From assembly GCA_023150835.1 (NCBI GenBank), contig JAKLKB010000063.1, forward strand, positions 1-54,762: DNA of 54,762 bases, read 5' to 3'. The translations under genes were made by a program, and so were the position numbers. Below are positions 20,056 through 28,303 of this stretch, piece after piece. The notes beneath the pieces were generated by a model. It saw only the letters and a list, made by a program, of their open reading frames with translations, did not search any database and was not told where the DNA came from. This DNA is from Myxococcota bacterium (GTDB lineage: Bacteria; Myxococcota_C; UBA6777). Within the stretch, counting starts at the first letter, position 1. Each line of letters opens with the position of its first letter.

Positions 20056-20406
20056 TACGATATCCGTGTGATGTGTGATCGAAGGGTCGTGCGTAGACAC
20101 CCGATTGTTGGGCAGCCACAGCTGTCACTTGGACCCACTCAATCGATTCGTTTCGCTGACAACACGACTCTTTTTTCCCTGCGTAACGAGGTTTCTGCTC
20201 CGGACTGTTCGCTTCGACGGCTGCTTTTTTCAAAGCAAACAGTTTCTACGAGTTCCGTCCGTGAAGTACGTGAAAAAGTAGGGGCAGACAGGTGTGGCTG
20301 CCCAATCACAGGGCGTTTACAGATCGCAAACGAATGGCATGAGTTGGTCCAAGTGCACACCTGTCTGCCCCGACCTCTTTGCGATAACGCAACGGCGAAT
20401 TTCGTA
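20056..20406 (+). repeat. MITE-like REP element interrupted by a nested 230-bp insertion
   Basis: Outer ends TACGATATCCG (20056) and CGAATTTCGTA (20406); the REP core is split at CACA(G/C)CTGT. Confidence 0.85.
20126..20355 (+). mobile_element. 230-bp non-autonomous element with ~28-bp imperfect TIRs and a 9-bp target-site duplication
   Basis: Ends CACTTGGACC(C/A)ACTCA....ATTCGTTT in inverted orientation; flanks CACAGCTGT (20117-20125) and CACACCTGT (20356-20364); second copy at 1-151. Confidence 0.8.
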
Positions 20407-20415
20407 CGAGTCCTG

Positions 20416-22110
20416 TCATGCGTCGGACTGTGCGGCGATCGACAACGCAAGACGTGTCGCTTCGGAGCGGTTGATCTTTCCGTGATTTCCACGCGGTAGC
20501 GCGGAGACCACAAAGACCTGACGAGGCCGTCGATACCCCGCCACATGCTCTGCAGCCCATACCAAAAAGGCTTCTGTATCAAACTGTTCGGGAGATCGTT
20601 TGGGGATCAGCAACGCCACAGGACGCTCTCCCAAGCGACTGTCAGGCAATCCCACCACCGTCACTTCTGCGACTTCGGGATACGAACGTAAGATCTCTTC
20701 AACTTCTGCGGGGAAAACCGAGAAGCCACCGACCTTTAAGCGATCGCGACTCCTTCCCACAAACGAGAACAACCCGCCCGGCCACACCCGCGCAAGATCG
20801 CCTGTGGTAAACCAACCGTCGGCATCAGGCCCTGCATCCGCGGCTCCTTCGTAGGTCTTCAAGACGCCTGCTCCGCGCACTTGAAGCCCGCCCACTCGCC
20901 CCCATCCCACAACACGGCCTTGTTCGTCGACGGCACGCACTTCAAAACCCGGCAAAACAAACGACAACACGGGCAGATCGATCTGGTGGCTTGGCGAGGA
21001 AGGGTACAACCGCAACGCCATCGGCCCCGAAAGTTCGACCATTCCGTAGATATCCGCAAAGATCGCTGTTCCCAACGGTCGCCCAAAAACTTGGGTAAGC
21101 GCCCCATAACGCTGGAAACGCCTCGCTCGATCAGGCGGCATCACGTCCGCCCCACTGACCCACATCTGCACACTTGACAAGTCACGCTCCGCAGCCCCCG
21201 CACGTTCGAGATCTGCGTACATCGTCGGCACACCCACGATCACGTTGGGCCGTTCCACTTCCAATCGGCTCAAAAAAACATCGGGTTCAAAAGATTCCAG
21301 ATGCAGCAACCGAATCCCTGCACACAACGCCGCAAAATGCGCACTCAGGCCCATGACATGCGTTAGAGGAAGCGCACACATCAGCAGATCGCGGCCTTTT
21401 CGCCATCCCACTTGCAGGCCCACAGGGGCCGCCAACAAACGCCCCAACGTTCCCAATAATCCTGCGCTCGTCAATGCCGCAGCCTTCGGCTTTCCAGTCG
21501 TTCCCGAAGTACACAACAACAACGCGACTTCGTTCGGATCGTCGGTTCCCATCGCATGGATCGACTCTGTGGTGTGAGACGCCATCCAATCCACCAGATC
21601 GCGCACCTGTTTTGCCTGTGGTTTTGCTCCGTGGCCGCTCCAGCAACACCGCAGATCGGACCGCAACAATCCTCCCTCGTGCATACGACCCAACACATCG
21701 CCGTCGGCAACAACCGCCTGCGCTTGTGTCACCTCCAAGATCGCGCCCAACTCTTCGGCCTTGAGGCGTGCGTTCACAGGAACAGGAACCCCTCCTGCCC
21801 TTGCCACCGCAAACAAATGAAAAAGAACGTCGATGCGGTTTTGCAAGATCACCAAGACCCGTCGCCCTTCGCCGTGACCGAACGCTTCGTGCGCTGCGGC
21901 AAGTCGTGCGATATCTTCTTCCAACGTCGCGTACGTCCACGAAGACCGATCTTCTAGGCCAAGCGGCGCACGATCCGCAAAGATCGCGGGCCGCTCCCCA
22001 TAGCTTTCCGCCAACACAGAAGTCAAACGACCCAACCCCACCCCTCCGCCAAGCAACATCTGACCGACGGTTCGCCAATACTCCGGGATCTGCACGATCT
22101 TCTCCATCAT
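20416..22110 (-). CDS. Class I adenylate-forming enzyme (long-chain fatty-acid-CoA ligase-like)
   Basis: CTSGTTGKPK, YGMVE, TGDL, GRSRDRLKVGGFSVFPAEVE and LPRGNHGKI motifs. Start taken at MMEKIV. Confidence 0.9.
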   Translation of the reverse strand: MMEKIVQIPEYWRTVGQMLLGGGVGLGRLTSVLAESYGERPAIFADRAPLGLEDRSSWTYATLEEDIARLAAAHEAFGHGEGRRVLVILQNRIDVLFHLFAVARAGGVPVPVNARLKAEELGAILEVTQAQAVVADGDVLGRMHEGGLLRSDLRCCWSGHGAKPQAKQVRDLVDWMASHTTESIHAMGTDDPNEVALLLCTSGTTGKPKAAALTSAGLLGTLGRLLAAPVGLQVGWRKGRDLLMCALPLTHVMGLSAHFAALCAGIRLLHLESFEPDVFLSRLEVERPNVIVGVPTMYADLERAGAAERDLSSVQMWVSGADVMPPDRARRFQRYGALTQVFGRPLGTAIFADIYGMVELSGPMALRLYPSSPSHQIDLPVLSFVLPGFEVRAVDEQGRVVGWGRVGGLQVRGAGVLKTYEGAADAGPDADGWFTTGDLARVWPGGLFSFVGRSRDRLKVGGFSVFPAEVEEILRSYPEVAEVTVVGLPDSRLGERPVALLIPKRSPEQFDTEAFLVWAAEHVAGYRRPRQVFVVSALPRGNHGKINRSEATRLALSIAAQSDA

Positions 22111-22210
22111 CGCCCACGCTCCTCCATCCGTGAATTCTTGACAAGATGGCGCGTTGTACCCCACATCCCCCCTCAAAAACAAGCCTTCTTCTCCAAAAAA
22201 CACACACGAT

Positions 22211-24850
22211 TTAAGGCGAGGGCGAAGCACCAAGTACTTTGCCGAGGGTCTTTTCTATGCCAACGATGTTGTAGGCCCCGACTTGATACAACACCACGCG
22301 GCCTCGGTGAAGCAAGGCAAAGGTCGGCGTTGCACGGATGCGAAACTGTGCCGAGAAGAACCCGTTGGGATCGGAGACATGGGCAAAAGGCATCTTGCGG
22401 GGATGTTGTTTGAGCCAGTCGTCTAAGACTTGCAAACTTTCGGAGCTTACCGCAACGACTTTGAATCCTTTTGAAGCGTACTTTTTCTGCCAGCGACGGA
22501 TCATCGGGATGGGAGGTTTGCACGGGCCGCACCATGTGGCCCAAAAGAAAAACAGCACAGTATCTTTGGCGAGCGCAGGCAAGGCTTCGCGTGCGTAAGG
22601 TTTTTGGGGATCGTGTGGAAAAGTATGGATCGTCATCCACGAACGGATCGATTGCCCGAGAACAGGGGGATGTTTGAGTTGCGGCTCAGTCGTCATGCGT
22701 TGCAGTTGGAGAGACAACGTGAGGCTTTTTCCTTCGCGCAAGACAGCCATCGGTAAGGGCTGATCTGCCGGCGCAAGCATCACTCGCTCACGGATCTCGT
22801 AAGGTTCGTGCAGTGGAGCCCCCCCCACTTCAACGACCGTATCTCCCACACGCAAGCCCGCTTTTTCCGCAGGACTCCCCACCCCAACGAGGCGCACCAA
22901 CACCGCCCCTTTCGGAAGCCCCATCGCCCCTTGCAAGGGGCGAAATTGAATCCCCAACCAAGAAGGCAACGGCGGAGACTTCATCGCCAAAAAAGGCTTC
23001 TCTGCGGCAGAAGGCGCAGGTTTCGGCCCAAGAGGCGTCGCCTCACAAGCCAGCAGACGCGCTAAACCTCCTCGATAAGCCCGCACTTCTGGGCGTGCAT
23101 CCGCCTCCAAAAGAAAACGCCCAGCCATCCGATACAACAGATGATCGATCCGCAACAATGCTGCACTTTGGATCTGGAGCCAAAAGACATAACGGTGCAT
23201 CTCTTGTTCTTTTTCGTGCATCTGCTTGAGACGCAGCGCAAGGCCGGGAACGCCTTGAACATACCGCAAGAAGCCGTCCCGCAGGCGCTCACCAATTGCC
23301 GAATCTTCGGCATCTCCGCCCCCTCGATAGGGTTCGCGCACACACGCGATCCGCTCCTGAGACCAAGAAGGCCCATGCCACACCAACTGCGCCAGCGTAG
23401 GCGTAGCATGGGTGTGTTGTGCCAAGCGTTGGAGCTCCATCCGCACCAAATGCTGCATCTTTGGGTTTTGTGCGTACCAACGTTTGAGGTGATGATCGCG
23501 AGCGGTACGAAACAACGTCTGCCATTGATTTTCAACATTTTTCCACCACTGATAGCGCTGTTGCAAAACCTTTTGCTGTTCGTGTGAAGCGGCGATGCTC
23601 ACAGGACGGGGAAGATCAAAACGCCGAGCGACCGCCAAGATCATCGCTTGATCTTCTTGTGTGGCGGTATCTTTTTGCGCGGCATAACGGCGCAACAGTC
23701 GATCCGTCAAGTCGGTCAATGTCACCCCTTGTTCGCGGGCCTCGGCCTCCAATATCGAACGCAGATAACTATCCGAGCTGCGGATCGGGACGTCAGGCGT
23801 CCGATCTGTCAAAAGGACGGTGCGATGGGCTTCATCAAATGTTTTTGCGTGTTTCATCGCCAAGATAAAGTGATAAGCATGCCCAATCGACTCCCCAAGC
23901 CGTGTATCCGCAAAACACCCATACGCGGGGCGATCGGGCGTGGTTGCAAAAAAGCCACAGCGATCTCCACTCGGTACATTCAACTGCGAGGGTTGTGGGT
24001 AGATGCTCCACGCAAAAGAACCCGAAAAGCATTGCGACATCACAGAGATCACACGGCGCGCTCCAAAAGGCTGCAACATCCGATGGTAGGACTGTACATC
24101 AAGGTTATCTCGCCACAGCGAGATGTAATGATTGCGCGTCGAAGAATCGCGATTTTGCGTCCCATGATCGGTGACAAACATCAACACAGGGCGCGGATCT
24201 TCGGGCGCTATCTGCTGTGCGATACGACGGGTTTGATCGCGCAACACCTCTTGCGTGGCCGCCAGTAGGCGCGCCCCTTGGATCTGTGTATTCACCAGTT
24301 TTGGCTTCTCCGCAAAGAACCGACTTTCGGGGATGTGCGCAAACAGTTCTGAACCGACGACGTTGCGAGAGCGCAAGACCAATAGATCTTCGCTTGGATC
24401 GTCGCCATCGGACGCAAACACCGTCATCGCAGGCGAAGACATCCCCCGCCCTTGCAGCGTCCCAAGCATCATCCGCAGATACAACACATGCGAATAAAAG
24501 TTGAGTTGTGGCTGCGCTCCACCGTTGAGCAAAAAAGCATGCGCCAACGCAGCCGAGCGCCAACGCCCTCCTGCCTGTGGCGCTCCAGCCAGACGCTCAG
24601 GCTGTGGACGCAGGGGAGGCGTCACGGGACGAGGTGGTGTCGCAGGACGCACCAACGATGTGCTGGCTGTAGGCTTTTTCGGCCAATGCGCGTGAACGTC
24701 CACCTCTTTGCGTTGTTGTACCCGTGTCGTCGTGCAGGCCCCCAACAACCCCCATCCAAGCCCCAAAAGCCCCAAAACCACCCCGATACGTTGGGATGGT
24801 GATGTCTGAACACGTTGAGATATCTTCATTTTCGCCCTTCCTCTCGCCAT
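22211..24850 (-). CDS. Lipoprotein with clan CD (C13/caspase-like) peptidase domain, helical region, PDZ domain and C-terminal TlpA-like thioredoxin
   Basis: Lipobox LLGAC; FVTDHG and VMSQCFSGSF (His-Gly/Cys dyad); WLGI...GSPAEKAGLRVGD PDZ; FFWATWCGPCK thioredoxin. Start could also be 24829. Confidence 0.75.
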   Translation of the reverse strand: MARGRAKMKISQRVQTSPSQRIGVVLGLLGLGWGLLGACTTTRVQQRKEVDVHAHWPKKPTASTSLVRPATPPRPVTPPLRPQPERLAGAPQAGGRWRSAALAHAFLLNGGAQPQLNFYSHVLYLRMMLGTLQGRGMSSPAMTVFASDGDDPSEDLLVLRSRNVVGSELFAHIPESRFFAEKPKLVNTQIQGARLLAATQEVLRDQTRRIAQQIAPEDPRPVLMFVTDHGTQNRDSSTRNHYISLWRDNLDVQSYHRMLQPFGARRVISVMSQCFSGSFAWSIYPQPSQLNVPSGDRCGFFATTPDRPAYGCFADTRLGESIGHAYHFILAMKHAKTFDEAHRTVLLTDRTPDVPIRSSDSYLRSILEAEAREQGVTLTDLTDRLLRRYAAQKDTATQEDQAMILAVARRFDLPRPVSIAASHEQQKVLQQRYQWWKNVENQWQTLFRTARDHHLKRWYAQNPKMQHLVRMELQRLAQHTHATPTLAQLVWHGPSWSQERIACVREPYRGGGDAEDSAIGERLRDGFLRYVQGVPGLALRLKQMHEKEQEMHRYVFWLQIQSAALLRIDHLLYRMAGRFLLEADARPEVRAYRGGLARLLACEATPLGPKPAPSAAEKPFLAMKSPPLPSWLGIQFRPLQGAMGLPKGAVLVRLVGVGSPAEKAGLRVGDTVVEVGGAPLHEPYEIRERVMLAPADQPLPMAVLREGKSLTLSLQLQRMTTEPQLKHPPVLGQSIRSWMTIHTFPHDPQKPYAREALPALAKDTVLFFFWATWCGPCKPPIPMIRRWQKKYASKGFKVVAVSSESLQVLDDWLKQHPRKMPFAHVSDPNGFFSAQFRIRATPTFALLHRGRVVLYQVGAYNIVGIEKTLGKVLGASPSP

Positions 24851-24908
24851 GAGACGCCCCCTCAAGATTTGTTGAACACACAGCGCTGTCAATCCTCCAA
24901 CCTAATTT

Positions 24909-26285
24909 TCAGGGTTCCGCAGCAGGCACGGACTTTTCGGGCGGAGCGTCTTCTGCGCAACGAAACCCCACAGAAAGGCTTTGCGTCTCCGAGGGGGCGG
25001 GCTGGCGAGCAGTCACACGAAGATCCCACGGAGGACTCGACCACGCCCCACCACGTATCACACGCATCAGACACGACTGTACTTGGTGCAAAGGATTTTT
25101 CTCGGGAGCGACGCGAAAATAAGAAGCGTGATAGCAATCCGCAACCCACTCCCGCAGATTCCCCGCCAGATCAAAGATCCCGTAAATCGAGCGATCTTGT
25201 GGATAACGGCCCACCATCGCCTCAAAAAGCGCCCCATCCCCCGCAAACGGCCCCGAGGTTTGGCGCTCAGGAAAGAAGACGCCGTGGTTGGCTGCCCCCT
25301 GCTTCCATTGCTCTCCCCACACAAACAGCCTTCCATCCGCACCACGCGCAGCCATCTCCCACTCTGCTTCGCTTGGCAAACGCCCCCCCGCCCAACGGCA
25401 ATACGCCGCCGATTGCGACCACGACACTCCCAACACGGGAAGCTCCGACGCCTCGCGCAGATAACGTGGGGCCGAACAAGCCCCCACCACCACGCAGCGC
25501 TTGTAGCGCGCTTGGGTCACTTCCACCTGATCCATCCAAAAACCACCTGCTTCGATCCAGCGTTCGGGTTGTTCGTCGCTCCACCACGAGACACGACAAT
25601 CCTTTCGAGATCGCTGACACAGCGATTGGACTTGTTTGATCTTTTGCTCCGACAAGCCGCGCAAAAACCCACCGCGTGGGATCCAACGCCGAGTCCCCCC
25701 ATCGACCGCCGTCTTGGAAGCTCCGCCGAGCGGGATGCTCCAACGCTGGAGTTGTTTTGTCGCAGCACGTATCGCGATATCCTGTTCAACGGCCACCAGC
25801 GCAGGAAAAGATAGTCGAAGCCGATACATCCGAGGTTTGAGCATCGTCTGGATCGGCGTCGTGCCGATATCGCGCTGATTCAACAGAACACGCGCCCCCG
25901 AAGGCAACGAATCGATCAAGACCGCAACAGGCAACGGCTCCAAAAAAAGGCGAACCATGGTTGCATCTTCGGCATGAACACGCACAGACTTCACGATCCC
26001 CTCGTACCCTTCGGCTGTTGCGTGGATATCGTATCGACCCGGCCTCAAGGCCATGCCGCCTTTTTCCCATGCCCACACCTTCCCGCCCACCCGCACCTGT
26101 GCTTGTGCAGGTTCAACCCGCGCCATCACATACCCCGCGATCGGCTTCTCAGGAGCGCGTTGTGCCACCCACCCTGCGGTCTCTTTGCTTTGCCCCCACA
26201 CCAACCAAAGCAACAGGCCCCACGCCCCCAAAAACGTCAGCCAGACCATTTCCTGCAAAAAGGCGGAGGATGGTCTTGTACTCAT
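24909..26285 (-). CDS. Membrane-anchored PEGA + FGE-sulfatase (SUMF1/EgtB/PvdO-like) domain protein
   Basis: N-terminal TM; PEGA IDSLPSGARV...IGTTP; RLPSEAEWEMAARG, GIFDLAGNLREW and VGFRC. ATGA overlap with the upstream kinase. Confidence 0.88.
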   Translation of the reverse strand: MSTRPSSAFLQEMVWLTFLGAWGLLLWLVWGQSKETAGWVAQRAPEKPIAGYVMARVEPAQAQVRVGGKVWAWEKGGMALRPGRYDIHATAEGYEGIVKSVRVHAEDATMVRLFLEPLPVAVLIDSLPSGARVLLNQRDIGTTPIQTMLKPRMYRLRLSFPALVAVEQDIAIRAATKQLQRWSIPLGGASKTAVDGGTRRWIPRGGFLRGLSEQKIKQVQSLCQRSRKDCRVSWWSDEQPERWIEAGGFWMDQVEVTQARYKRCVVVGACSAPRYLREASELPVLGVSWSQSAAYCRWAGGRLPSEAEWEMAARGADGRLFVWGEQWKQGAANHGVFFPERQTSGPFAGDGALFEAMVGRYPQDRSIYGIFDLAGNLREWVADCYHASYFRVAPEKNPLHQVQSCLMRVIRGGAWSSPPWDLRVTARQPAPSETQSLSVGFRCAEDAPPEKSVPAAEP

Positions 26286-28168
26286 TGCAAAACAAGAAAG
26301 ACGATCAAGAGGCCGACCCCAAAGATCAGCCCGCCCAACATGATCCACAACCAAAGCCGATTTTTGGGGCGCTGTGGATAAGCCGCGATCACGGTGCGTT
26401 GCGTTGCGACGTGTTCTTGCTCTGGCTCTTGGTAAGGCCGTTGAGACGGCGCGGATGAAGAGCGCCGATCCGTAAAGTTCTGTATCGGTGGGCGTGAGCG
26501 CGAAAGATCGGCGGTGGGTTCTGCACCAAAAGACGTCAGCGCCGAAGCGGGGATGCCTTGTTGCGGTTGCAAAGCCTCGGCTCCGCCCACAGCGAGGACT
26601 ACGGTGGCCTCGTGTGTCTGGCCGATTCCTTCGGTATCCAGCACAACGGTGGCTTCGCTTGTTGCCATCGGCGCTCCCCCACTCCCCCCGAGAGACGGGC
26701 GATAAGAAGGCTCCATCTGTGCAAAAGGGCTTCCCCCGCCAAACGAAGAGGACGGATGCGTCGAAGCGGGCGGAGTATACGGTGGGGATGGCGGATAGGA
26801 TGGGGATGGCGGATGCAAGGAAGAGGGAGCAAAAGACGGAGAGGGAGCGGTCGCATAGCCCATCCCATACGGCGAAGAGGCAGGGGGTTGAGGGCTTGGC
26901 GATGCAGCAGGAGAGCGTTGTGCGGGTGCGCCCGTAGCGCCCATCTGTCCCATCGCTCGGCTATCGAAGGTGTGCGAAGCCGAAGCGCTACGGCTATCGA
27001 AGGTATGCCCTGAGCCACCCAGCGAAGCATTGGCCGCAGGTCCCAAGGCTTGGCGGATACGTTGCATCTCAGGATCGTTTTCGTCGCTGCTATCGGGAGG
27101 TTGGGCGCTGATCGTATGGCTTGGCGCTCGTCCCATCTGCGCGCTTGCGGGTGTCGAGGCCCCTCGCGCAGCAGGCGGAGTCGCCATCGTTGTGTTGCCT
27201 GTGTAAGCATCGCTGTGGCTGGAACCCGCCCCTGCTTGCCCAAAGATCCGCGCAAGATAACCCGCCAGATCGGACTCTGTCACCGCGATCCCCTGTTGGA
27301 TCAGGTGGGCTTCGAGGGCGCGTTGCATCTCTTGGGCGTTTTGAAAACGATCCGCCTTTTTCTGCGCGAGGGAACGCTTGACACATTCGACGATATCAGA
27401 CGGACAATCTTTGCGTTTCGCGACCACATCGGGCATCGGCTCATTGAGTGCTTCGTAGAAGATCTCTAACAGATTGCTTCCACGAAAACGAGGCTCCAAG
27501 GTCAACAACTCATACATGACCAAGCCGAGCGAAAACACATCGGATCGGGCATCCAGCTCTTCCGAAGAAAGCTGTTCGGGCGACATATACTGCAACTTTC
27601 CAACGATCACGCCCGTTCGTGTGCGCGAGCTTTTTTCACGCGCTTTGACCACGCCAAAGTCGATGATCTTGATCACGCCGCTCGACGCCACCACAAGGTT
27701 TTGAGGCGAGATATCCCGATGAACCAGTTCTAACAATTGACCGCGATCATCGCGTACGGTGTGGATGATCTGCAACCCCTTCAAAGCGTCGGCCATCAAG
27801 CGGCAGATCAGCGCGATGGGGATGTTGCTGTGTTTCTTTTTGCACTGCTCGATCAAGGCTTCGAGATCGTGGCCTTGGATGTATTCCATCACCAGATAAA
27901 AGATGCCGTCTTGTTCGCCAAAGTCGTAGATCTCGACCACGTTGGGGTGGCGGATCTTCGAGGCAAATTGGGCTTCATCAAAGAAGCGCGAACGGGCTTC
28001 GTGTTGCTCGTTGAGATCGGGATGGATCATCTTGACGATCACCGTTTTGGAGAAGCCGTGCATCCCGCGCTGCTGTGCAAGCCATACCTCGGCCATCCCG
28101 GTGCGCTTGAGGCGATCGCGCAACACATAACGCCCATCTGATAACTCTGTTCCGACTTGCATCCGCAT
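26282..28168 (-). CDS. Hanks-type Ser/Thr protein kinase with C-terminal membrane anchor
   Basis: GMAEVW, HPNVV, HRDISPQN, DFG, GKLQYMSPEQ and DVFSLG motifs; terminal TM helix. Confidence 0.95.
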   Translation of the reverse strand: MRMQVGTELSDGRYVLRDRLKRTGMAEVWLAQQRGMHGFSKTVIVKMIHPDLNEQHEARSRFFDEAQFASKIRHPNVVEIYDFGEQDGIFYLVMEYIQGHDLEALIEQCKKKHSNIPIALICRLMADALKGLQIIHTVRDDRGQLLELVHRDISPQNLVVASSGVIKIIDFGVVKAREKSSRTRTGVIVGKLQYMSPEQLSSEELDARSDVFSLGLVMYELLTLEPRFRGSNLLEIFYEALNEPMPDVVAKRKDCPSDIVECVKRSLAQKKADRFQNAQEMQRALEAHLIQQGIAVTESDLAGYLARIFGQAGAGSSHSDAYTGNTTMATPPAARGASTPASAQMGRAPSHTISAQPPDSSDENDPEMQRIRQALGPAANASLGGSGHTFDSRSASASHTFDSRAMGQMGATGAPAQRSPAASPSPQPPASSPYGMGYATAPSPSFAPSSLHPPSPSYPPSPPYTPPASTHPSSSFGGGSPFAQMEPSYRPSLGGSGGAPMATSEATVVLDTEGIGQTHEATVVLAVGGAEALQPQQGIPASALTSFGAEPTADLSRSRPPIQNFTDRRSSSAPSQRPYQEPEQEHVATQRTVIAAYPQRPKNRLWLWIMLGGLIFGVGLLIVFLVLQ

Positions 28169-28303
28169 GATCCCGACCTCGTCTCGTCTTTCCTTTTTGC
28201 CGACGTTCTCTTGCCTCACGTTGCTTCGGTTGGCGCGTAGGGGACAGCGCCCACACAAAACCAACCCAACAAACCACTCTTCTCGGTATTTGCTCAAGCA
28301 GGC

